Assembly: GCA_032718475.1 (NCBI GenBank)
Contig: JAUCBJ010008016.1
Location: 1-64,000 of the forward strand
Reading direction: 5' to 3'
Source: Nemertoderma westbladi
Lineage: Eukaryota; Animalia; Xenacoelomorpha
DNA length: 64,000 bases
This document shows positions 24,701 through 34,991 of this stretch, piece by piece (the stretch's first letter is position 1; every line of letters begins with the position of its first letter). A program made the translations under genes and the position numbers. The notes under the pieces were generated by a model. It did not search any database and had not been told where the DNA came from. It saw only the letters and a list, made by a program, of their open reading frames with translations.

Positions 24701-24959
24701 TACAGCAATCAAATAAGTACAACGGTCCGAGATGCATTTCTTCATCTTCGAAGTTTGGCTAAAATTAAACGGTACCTCAGCAGACATGACCTTGAAATCT
24801 TAATTCACGCCTTTGTCACAAACAAACTCGACAGCAACAACTCATTATATTATGGATTACCCTCGAAGTCAATCAAAAAATTACAATATGTACAGAATTC
24901 CGCAGCGCGACTGCTAGAGGGCGTTAAGAAACAAGAGCACGTCACTCCAGTCCTTAAAC
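21741..24959 (+). pseudogene. LINE ORF2 (APE endonuclease + reverse transcriptase), frameshifted and interrupted
   Basis: YNARSI, AITEAWL, LGDFNFH, GHTLDLV, LSDH; LLDLSAAFDTVDH, LPQGSVLGP, YADDTQLY. Frameshifts near 22940 and at the long G run (~23528-23543). Cut by the BEL LTR at 24960. Confidence 0.9.
23031..23672 (+). repeat. 30-bp GC-rich minisatellite (~21 units, LGVPTGGATG-like) inside LINE ORF2
   Basis: Units such as ctgggcgttcctacggggggcgctactgga, lying between the EN and RT domains. Confidence 0.92.
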
Positions 24960-26568
24960 TGTTCGCGGTATTTCAACTTTCCATAACGCGAGTTGAATAT
25001 TTTTGTATTTATTTAAAATTGATTATTCCGATATTACTACTGGGTGCGGGACCATGGGTTTTGGGCACATTTAATAAACTGGGGGCGATTTATGGGCGAA
25101 CTTTGGGGCAACTTACAGGGTACGGGAATAATTTCATAGTTATAAGGGCCAGGGGGGATGGAAAATGCAAGCAGTATTCAGGTTAGCCTGAGTACTATTA
25201 GGCCCTGGCCAACTTCCTGCTGCCTGTAGGGGTGGATTTGGTAATGCGCCAGGCCTAAAGGACAAGGACAGCCCTTAGCGGTCCCTGGCCAACAGCAGCC
25301 ATTACGAGACTGAAAAGAACTCGGACCGCTGACTGCTTGTGTCAGGGATTTGCGACGGGCACCGACGGCCCCTTAGTAGCCAAGCCGTTCTGGTTCTCGA
25401 TGATCGAACCCCGGGGTTCGTGAGGGGTGGAGCGGACACGCGAACGGGTGGCCAACTTAAGACTGCCCCCTGACCTAAGCCGTACTGGTTCTCGATGACC
25501 GATCCCTTCGGGGTTCGCGAGGGGTGGGACGGACATGCGAAAGGGCTGGCCACAGGACGGGTTTGACGAGAACTGCCCTTAGCGGTCTCTGGTCAATGGC
25601 AGCTACTACGAGACTGAAAAGAACTCGGAACGCTGACTGCTTGTACTGGGATTTGCGACGGGACCCGACGACAGACCCCTTAGCCAAGCCGTACTGGTTC
25701 TTGATGATCGTTCCCTTCGGGGTTCGTGAGGGGTGGAACGGACACGCGACGGGGTCGAAAGACAAAGGACTAGACTCGACTAGACTCTACTGGCCTACCG
25801 ACTGTTCGGAGCAGTTTCTTGGCTGCCGAAGCGACTACGAGCCTGAAACGGACTCGGAAAGCCTAGGTGGTTGGGTTTCTGTGATGAACCGACGGACCCC
25901 TAGCCAAGCCGTTCTGGTTCTCGATGATCGAACCCTTCGGGGTTCGTGAGGGGTGGAACGGACACGCGAACGGGTCCACCGACACGACAGACTCCTAGCC
26001 AAGCCGTACTGGTTCTCGATGACCGAACCCTTCGGGGTTCGAGAGGGGTGGTACGGATACGCGACAGAGTCTACCGACTGGACCGACCCTTAGCCAAGCC
26101 GTGCTGGTTCTCGATGATCGTTCCCTTCGGGGTTCGTGAGGGGTGGAACGGACACGCGACAGGGTCGACCGACACCGACACTACGGCACTAAGACTGGGA
26201 CCGAGGGAAAATCTGGGGAACATTAGGTAGGCTAAAATTCTGAGCGAACAGTGGGTTATTAAATAATCTACCGTAGGGATTTATATTATCGTGTATAATT
26301 ATTGTGAATATTTGGTGTATATTGATTTGGGGAAGCCCAAAATTATTCTTAATCAGGTTTCAATGATGTTGAACAGGTTTCAACTATAGGAAGTTACATT
26401 AAAGAGTATATCCAACTAATGCAGCTTTTTATCAACCGCAAACTTGCATCTTAGAAAATATTCCCTCCCCACAATCAATATCCAGTGACTGGCCGGGGCT
26501 CGGTGGTCTGTTAAGTCACGTCTCCAGCATCGGCGTTTTTCCCCCCTGGTGTTGGGATAACGGCAACA
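24960..26568 (+). repeat. 5' LTR of the BEL element (1609 bp)
   Basis: Direct repeat of 37758-39365 and 41260-42868; TG...CA ends. Confidence 0.97.
25381..26160 (+). other. Six ~65-nt hairpin units (kink-turn-like internal loop, UUCG cap) in the LTR; also present in LTR2 and LTR3
   Basis: Consensus ccgtWc-tggttctc-GAT-GA-Y-cgaaccc-TTCG-gggttcg-N-GA-gggg-tg-gWacgg at ~25383, 25477, 25686, 25906, 26001 and 26096. Confidence 0.75.
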
Positions 26569-26696
26569 AAATTAAGAATAATTATATGGTTAATTTTGAC
26601 GGGGTGTCAAAATTAAGAATAATTAATGCGGTTAATTTTGACAGGGTGTCAAAATTAAGGATAATTACGGTCAACTTCAACTGGTGGAAGTTGAGA
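26569..26696 (+). promoter_or_regulatory. PBS-position region without TGG: three CAAAATTAAGRATAATT copies and perfect hairpins
   Basis: 26571-26583 (attaagaataatt) is the exact reverse complement of LTR 26341-26353. Hairpins TTAATTTTGAC-N5-GTCAAAATTAA occur twice, plus tcaacttc...gaagttga. Confidence 0.7.
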
Positions 26697-26860
26697 ATCC
26701 TTCAATACTCTTCAAAAACTCTCTACGTGCTTGCCAGCACCCACTACGAGGAAACTCTGGTATTTGAGTTGAGACAAAGTCGTGGTTTAATTAATCAGCA
26801 AACTCGATCTAACCAACTCGTAGTCGGCAGATCACATATTTGGAGAGTTGTTAACAGGGA

Positions 26861-27052
26861 ATGGAAGTATCGATCACACCCATTGATATAATTCAAGTTG
26901 AGCCAGGAATCTGGCACGTCGAAGTTGAGGTACAAGGAACGAACGTTGGACGATTCAGGATTACTGTTCGGGTGGTCCAAGCTGAGTACAATACCTACGA
27001 GGAACTGTTTTACGACATCGCGTATCTAGCCATCGACGAGGCGTTACAATGA
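26861..27052 (+). CDS. Small upstream ORF (63 aa) overlapping the gag start by ATGA
   Basis: ATG start and protein-like sequence; its TGA overlaps the gag ATG at 27049. Confidence 0.45.
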   Translation: MEVSITPIDIIQVEPGIWHVEVEVQGTNVGRFRITVRVVQAEYNTYEELFYDIAYLAIDEALQ

Positions 27053-30000
27053 CAACAAATAACGTATCCGATACCGACGAGATGGATCACCACACAGACT
27101 CGGAAGCCGACGAGGTACCAAACGTCAAGAACATGACCCGTCGGTTAGGGGCTCTTAAAGGCGGAGTAACCCGAGCTTACCAACGGATGGAGAAACAACT
27201 CAAGGGAGTCAAAACCCCCCTCAATGAGGTACAAACTCAGCTTCAAAGTATCCGAAATATCCTACAGCGGTACGAAAGGATGATACAGGCGTACCAAGAG
27301 CTCGTCCCCCCCACCGATCAAGAAAACTACCCCAAGTTGGAAGAACACGTTGTACATCTAGATGGGTTCCGCAAACAACACCGGAGGACCCTCAGCCTTG
27401 TGAGAGGCTATGAGGAACAGTATTACAAGAGGGCTGACGCGGAATCAGTACGATCCTCCAGCATTAGGACAGCAGTACATCGAAAGAGAACGGGGTCCGC
27501 TAGAAATCAGCACTCCAGCGCTAGGAGCGAGATATCCGGCTCAGCGCGCAGTTCTTAAGAGGCGCCGCCACTCCGAGACCAACTGCGAGAACGGAAGGCA
27601 TTAGCCCTCAAAGCTCGGATGGAAGATGAGTATATTCAACTGCAAGCCGAGCAGGATGTATTAGCCGCCGAAACACAAAGGCGAGAGGCCGAACAAGCGG
27701 CCGAACGGCAGGCCGAACAACGCAAACAGGAGGCCGAACAACATAGACAAGAGGCCGAACGACAGGCCGAACTACGTGAACAGGAGGCCGAACAACGTAA
27801 ACGAGAGGCCGAACAACGTAAACGAGAGGACGAACGGCAGGCCGAACAACGCAAACAGGAGGCCGAACAACGCGGACGAGAGGCCGAACGAGAGATCGAA
27901 CAACGTAAATGGGAAGCGGAAATGCGTAAACAACACGCCGAGGCCCAAGCAATTCTCATCCACAAAAAGAATGCGGATATTGCAAAACTCGCAGAATACG
28001 AAGCCGCACTTATCGAACGAGATATTCAACTCTACGAGGACTGGGAAAGGGATATAGATCAGGAATATGAACCAATTCCGGTACCGGAGTTAGAAAAGTC
28101 ATTTACACCAACAGCGGCGAAACCTCCGAAACCCGAGATCCCGCCTACCAAACAGTCTACGCTATCGGCACAAGCCCCGGTGTTCCATCCCCCACCGGCT
28201 ACGCTAAAGAATGAGGAACCTTATTTCCCATCCAACACCACGACAGCGAGTGTACCCAAGTACGAGCCTGAAAAGGACTCGGAACGGGACGCCACTCCCC
28301 GATCGAACAACCCATTTACATCAACACCACAAACTCGTAGCCGCGTCATTATTAAAACCCCACCTATTATTGATCCATCAAGTATGGGAGTGAGTGCCAA
28401 TAACTATAACCCTCTGAGTCACTCTAGTTCAGACGACGTCAGCATCATCCGGGCGTTGGAGAACCGCCTTGCCATGCCTAAGATGGAGATCCGCACCTTC
28501 GAAGGAGATCCCGTCGATTACCTCAGATTCAAAAAACGGTTCTTTGCGCAGATTGGATCAACGGACATAGCCGAAGCACAGAAATTGGTATATTTATCGC
28601 AATACTTGGGTGACAAACCACGCAGAATTGTTGCATGTTTTGAAGGAGGTTCTCAGGAGGCATACTATGACGCATGGAAAACTCTAGACAAAAGATACGG
28701 AAATACCGGAACTATAATTAATAAAACTCTAGAGAGACTGATAAAGGACGCGGGATCACTAGGGGACCCACAGAACATACAGGAATTCTCCGACTCTATG
28801 AAAGATGCCTATTATACTCTGAAACCCTTAAATAAGGAGGACCAGGTGAACAACATTCTAAACCTCCGACAGATCGCACGGAAATTCCCCGGATGGCTAC
28901 AAAGTAAGTGGGCTTATAAATGTGTAGATCTCCGGCGCAGACATCCAGATCGAGATCCTAGCTTCCTCGAAATGTCGGCATTCCTGGACGATATCTCCGA
29001 AGCCATGAATGACTCGATGTTTTCAAAACAAAGTCTCGCAAAGTTGGACGGAATAGAGAGCAACTCCAGGAGTAAGATAATCCCTCCGAAACCGAGATTC
29101 CGCCCCCCACCGGTAAGTACGATGGCCATTACCATGGCCGAGGATTCCGACGACGAAGACTACGAGGAACCGACATCCGCTGAGGAATGGGCATGTTATC
29201 TCGCGAGTTGGGCACCCGAAAGGGAAGGCATCACAAATTCCCTGCTCTGTCTCTTCTGTGGGGAGAAACACAAAGTGGAATTCTGCAGAAAGTTTCAGTT
29301 TGCCGAACTCGTCCCACGCTTCAAGGCGATAATGAAACACCGAGGATGCTTCCGGTGTCTTGGAACAGGTCACTATGTTCGGGAGTGCGACCAAAGATCA
29401 TGCTGTGCTGTCTGTAACGACCAACGCCATCACACGCTCCTCCACATCCCCGCGAACTTCGATTTCACTACCCTCCCCTTTCGGATCGAAGCCAGGCGAA
29501 GAGGAGAAACAAACCACGTCTTCAAAGGAACCCGTACAACCCAACGGAGAGAAACCAACCCGTTTAAAATCTACACCGATACACCACAAGTAACCAATAT
29601 TTCGGCCACGATTAATCTTATAAATCGCCGCTACATGGTCTTCGCAAAGGTAATCCCAGTAAGGATCCAAGGAGTCGGCAAATCTTTGACGACACTCGCG
29701 TTCCTCGATAACGGGTCCGACGGAACCATCATCGACCGGGATTTCCTCGAGCAACTCGGCCTAGAATATGAACCTTGTAAACGGCCCATACAAACCATCA
29801 CCGATAACAAAGAAGTAGAGTCCGGGGAGGTGCAACTCCAGATGGAAGGAGTGATGAAGGGCTACGAAACGGCTAGGTTAACCATCAAGAACGCCTTGGT
29901 ACACACAGACCTTCGGGTGCGGTTCCGACAATCAGCCGAGTACGCCCCCCTCATACAATTGGACCGAGACGATGTAGACCTGAGGTGTCCGCAGTTGGAC

Positions 30001-33000
30001 GTGAACCGTATCACCCTACTGATCGGACTTGACACACCGGAACTACACATCCCCACCGGAGATATCGCTCGATCTATAAACCAGGATGATGGATTTTATG
30101 CGGAACGAACAATAATGGGACGGACCCTCTGCGGCATTAAGGAGGAAACTACAGACACCTATACCTACCTTCCTAAATGTCAGATTAAAGAAAATGTAAC
30201 CTCTGTGGGTTATTGCTCAGCTTCGGATCTTGACGAGGATTTGTTTCTGGAAACCGAGAAAACCCAACGAGAGATGACGAAATATTTTAATTTGGAGACC
30301 CAGGAGTTCGCGGAAAAGGACGAAAACCCATCCGAAGAGGACCAATATTGTATGGACGTTCTCGACCAGGCCACGTTTAAAGACGGACATTGGTGTTCAC
30401 CTATGTTGTGGAAGGACCCAAACAAACCAATGGCAAACAACGCCAGCATGGCACTTAGGCGACTTAAAGGGATTTTACGCCGGCTGAATGACCAACCCGA
30501 GATAAAGGAGAAGTATAATACCGTAATCCAAGGATATCTCGATGATGGATTAGCAGAAATGGTACCACGGAACGAACTGCAAGGCGGTAAAAGAACATAT
30601 TATCTCCCGACCCACTATGTAGTAGAAGCCCGCAAAGGTGGGAAATTCCGAGTGGTAAATGATGCTGCCGCTATGTACCAGGGCGAATCCCTAAACAGTC
30701 AACTTTATACGGGACCCAACATATATAGCACACTCATCGGCGTATTGATCAGGTTCAGGGAAAACCGGGTAGCATTCACCTCTGACATCAAGGCCATGTT
30801 TCATCAAGTTCGTACATTACCAAGAGACTCGGACTGTCTACGTATCCTATGGACGGATAAAACGCTTACTCAACAGGAGATTAGCCAACTCACGATAAAG
30901 GACGTAGACGTAATGCGTATGGTCGTCAGGATCTTCGGCGCTAAGGACTCGCCGGTAGCATGCAGTGACATGCTAAAGAGGACGGCAACTATGTGCGAAA
31001 ACGAGTTCCCTCCTACCGTCATAGAAACCATTCGACGATGCTTCTACGTGGACGACGGATGCGCCGGCGCGGATAATGTAGATGAGGCGTATCGGCTAGC
31101 AATGGGGATGGTAGAATGTCTAAAGAAAGGAGGGTTTCCACTCGTGAAGTTCAGATCCCACGACAAAACACTTATGGAAAAGTTTCCGGAGGACATCCGG
31201 CTGGAAAATAACAAGATGTATTCGGAGGAGGTGGAACATCGTGTACTCGGGATTGAATGGGACATAGAATCAGATGAATTCATCTTCAAATATAAACCCC
31301 TACCCAAGCCTATGACAAAAAGGGGATGTTTGTCGATAAAAAGTGCAATCTTCGACCCACTAAATTTCATATCTCCAGTAACCTTGGCCAGAATGAACCT
31401 GATTAAGGAAATGTGGATAGAAGGACTGGGATGGGACGAAGAGCTTCCCCCACACCTTAGCGTCAAATGGAGAAAATGGACGGAGCAGCTCGAACACCTA
31501 CATCTTATGCGGATACCTAGACCGTTTTTCCTCGATAAACTGCCCACCGATATCTTCCAGCTCCACACCTTTTCGGATGCTTCGAATACAGGAATCGGCG
31601 TAGTAACCTTCTTACGGAGACTAAGTAACGATGGAAACGGCGATACAAGCTTCTTATTCTCCAAAGCAAAGACAGTATCCGGGGAATTCGTAGCAACGAT
31701 TCCGAGGCTCGAGCTACAAGCTGCAGTTTGGGCAGTAAGACAGAATCGCATGGCCATGCGGAACCTACGGATCCCCATAGAATCTCAACACTTCTGGGTA
31801 GATTCAAGTATAGTTCTCTATTATCTCCACTCTCCATCACGGCGTCACACCACATTTGTTGCAAACCGAGCCACAGAGATTAAACAGTGTACCGGCCGAG
31901 AACAGTGGCATCACGTGAACGGGAAGGAAAACCCAGCGGACTTATCAAGCCGAGGCGCCACCCCAAAACAACTCGGTAAAAGTAAACTCTGGCTTACAGG
32001 CCCGGAATTCCTACGGCAGCCACAGTTAACATGGAGTACCCGATTCGACCCCGAACTCGACAGCGGAAAATACTCCGAGGACGATAAAGAGATCCGTAAA
32101 ATCCATCGAAGCAACGCGGTGGAAATTTATAGTTGCCTGACTGAGCCTGCAAAGGACTCGGGCAGGCACTATAACGTCGCGACGATTACTCAACTAGCGG
32201 CGTCCTTACATCGGTTGATCGAGCGAACTTCATCCATGAGACGGCTCGTCCACCACGTTGTAACCCTTCGCAACTTCCTACGGTGGAAAAACAACAAACC
32301 GATAGTTCAACGGAATATACAAGAACTTATTATCGCGGAGAAGTGTATTGTTAGATATGTCCAGAAAGAAAGTTTCCCCGATGAATGGGAACAACTTAGT
32401 GCGGGCAAAACGTTGAAACCGGACAGCCCAGTCTACCAACTGAGACCAATGATGGGAAAGGACGGACTGATCCGACTAAATACCCGGATGGCAAACGCCC
32501 CGGTCGAATATGAGGTCAAATACCCGGCGCTTCTGCCCGGAACGTCGACACTAGCTAAGCTATTAATTCTACAATGTCACGAGGACAACCACCACGCAGG
32601 ACAGAATTGGATTATAGCTAATATAAGACAAAGATATTGGATCACCCACATCCAGCCACTGATTCGGAAAGTGTTGAAACGTTGCTTCACCTGCAGACGT
32701 TACCTAGCGCCACCAATCACACAAAAGATGGCCGACTTACCAGCCACCCATCTACAAGCGGATTCCCCGCCATTCTACGTCACCGGAGTGGACTGTTTCG
32801 GACCGTTCACGGTTATTGAACGACGATCCAACATCAAATGCTGGGGAGCCATCTTCACCTGCCTAAGATCTAGGGCAATTTACCTAGATATCGTGGTAAA
32901 TCTGACACAACACGCATTCATCAACGCCCTGCGTCGGTTCGTGGCGAACAACGGGACATGCCGCCACATGTATTCCGATAATGGTACAAACTTTGTGGGA

Positions 33001-33750
33001 GGAGAAAGAGAACTTAGAGAGGCGATCGAGGGATGGTTTACCGATAACACCGCATCCCAAGTCTGGAAGGAACACCAGATACAGTGGCACTTCCAGACCC
33101 CCTTAGCACCCCATACGAGCGGGGTATGGGAGAAACTGATCGACCTAGTGAAACGATCCATGCGCGTCGCTCTAGGCGATACCCGGGTAACCCATGACAC
33201 CCTCCGCACAACATTCTGCGAGATCACGGCTACCCTGAACAACCGACCCATTGTTCCTATCCGCGACGACCCCACAGACCTGGAACCCCTCACTCCTAAC
33301 CACTTACTGGGGAGACCCAAAACCCACCTCCTCCCGGAAACCATGTTCCCGGATCCCAACGAGATCGCGAAACATACAAACTGGAAAAAGGCCCAAGCAT
33401 TGGCAGCGCATTGGTGGAGAATTTGGGCCCAGGAGTACCTCATAACCCTCCGGACCAGGAGGAAATGGAACAACACCTACCGGAACGTCGCAGTTGGCGA
33501 CATGGTACTAGTTAAAGAAGATCTCAAAGACCGCGTTCACTGGCCTGTGGCGCGGGTCGTGACCATACACCCAAGCAAAGACGGACTTGCGAGGACTGTG
33601 ACGATACGAACGAAAGCGGGCCACTACCAACGCCCCATCCAGAAGCTGTGCCTTCTTGAAGGCAATGACAGTGGTGATTCTACGAGAGGTGATAAGTTCC
33701 CTACTCAAGATCCTGCTGCGGACATTGGTGACAATTATAAATGCGTTTAA
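27049..33750 (+). CDS. BEL/Pao Gag-Pol polyprotein (Gag, PR, RT, RNase H, IN) with one in-frame TAA at 27556-27558
   Basis: ORFs 27049-27558 and 27619-33750 share a frame and the gap is open. Motifs: FEGDPVDY, triple Zn knuckle, FLDNGS, FYVDD, FSDAS/IPRLELQAA/WVDS, HHCC, GVDCFGP/YSDNGTNF/GVWE. Confidence 0.95.
27680..27910 (+). repeat. Coding EAEQR/QAE heptad-like repeats in Gag
   Basis: Repeated gaggccgaacaacg; charged helical translation. Confidence 0.85.
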
Positions 33751-34025
33751 ACCCTTCTCATCATGTTGACAAACTCTATAAAACTGTGATTTATCGACAA
33801 CGAATTATGGACCCCCCTTAAACCAACTGTAACCACGCAAATGGTATTTGTGTTTCCTCGTGTGTTATGTGGAGTCCAGCATCACCCTGCAGATGTTTCG
33901 ACTGACGCAGGGTCGTTTATGTATTGTTTACCCTGATTTTGGTCATCGGGACCTACGATATTGGATTATTGGAAATGGAAAAGATTTGAAGTGGAATTCA
34001 TTGTATTCATCGCAGTATGTTATGT

Positions 34026-34447
34026 TGTCCGTTGCGTGCGCGGTTCGGGGCGTAGGCGGTGTAACGAGTCCAGCTGTAGATCCCGGATTGCCGCGCAACA
34101 CCCCCTCTATCCCGTTATTCTGGTGGGTCCATGGTGCATCCACGTGACTTCGACGATAGAGGGTTTTATGTTTCTCAGTCGCGTTATTCTGGTGGGACCG
34201 TTACGTGGATTTTGGGGCGTAGGCGGTGTAACGAGTCCAGCTGTAGATCCCAGAATGTTGCGTAACCCCATCCCACATGACTTCGTCGACTGAGCTTTAT
34301 GTTGTTGGGAGTGTTATTCTGGTGGGTCCCTGGTGCATCCACATGACTTCACTCTCAGCGTCTTCATTGTCCGTTACGTGCGCAGTTTGGGGCGTAGGCG
34401 GTGTAACGAGTCCAGCTGTAGATCCCAGATTGCCGCGTAACACCCCT
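34026..34447 (+). repeat. Three ~170-bp spaced repeats between pol and ORF3
   Basis: ggggcgtaggcggtgtaacgagtccagctgtagatcc at 34047, 34214 and 34389; gttattctggtggg three times. Confidence 0.85.
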
Positions 34448-34991
34448 TCCACGACAAAGATTAACCAAAGAAAATGATTGAATATAGTTGGAAACGATGA
34501 AAAGGATCAGACAACTCTACTATAAACCTGAATGATGACGCGTATACTGATGAAAATGTAATGATGCGCACCCTGGTGCTGCGCTTATAACAATGATGAT
34601 AGCCGGGGGGCTATAAACCCAATGATGATGTGGAAATAAATAAATGTGAAATAAATGGTGGAAATAAATGTGTTGAAATATGTGGAAATAAATGAAATGA
34701 GATGAAATGATAATGAAATGAAAAAAGACAAAAAAAAGGTATAAAAAAAAGGTCAAAGAAAAGAATTGGAAAAAAAGGACAAAAAAGTCATAAAAAACTG
34801 GTTGGATATTATGTATAGCTATAGTAACTGTAAATGCTGAATGTATTAGCAATAAGATGATAGATGCCTATAGCAATGTTATTAATAAACTGAATTAAAT
34901 AAAAAACTGAATTATTCTGCTATCGCTATAGTTTCAGACTTTCTGGACTTATAATTAACTGATCTAATTTGTAACGGATATAATCGTAAAT

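Noticed and set aside
22985-25186. 733-aa ORF as a complete protein
   Set aside because: Its N-terminus is the wrong-frame reading of the 30-bp repeat and its C-terminus runs into the LTR; only the central RT part is genuine.
25395-25425. Hammerhead ribozyme in the LTR units (ctcGATGA...stem)
   Set aside because: The core needs CUGANGA and GAAA after stem II; here it is CUCGAUGA and UGAG, which fits a K-turn better.
25302-26230. Short ORFs within the BEL LTRs and antisense ORFs over gag-pol/ORF3
   Set aside because: Non-ATG starts, derived from GC-rich repeats or shadow frames; one is altered by a 1-bp indel between LTR copies.
26682-26696. TGGTGGAAGTTGAG as a tRNA PBS
   Set aside because: It lies more than 110 nt from the LTR end and inside a hairpin; a PBS must sit next to the LTR.
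34052-34062. 11-nt identity GTAGGCGGTGT between the BEL spacer repeats and the 56-bp array unit (guide or target relationship)
   Set aside because: Too short; about one such match is expected by chance, and the flanks do not align.
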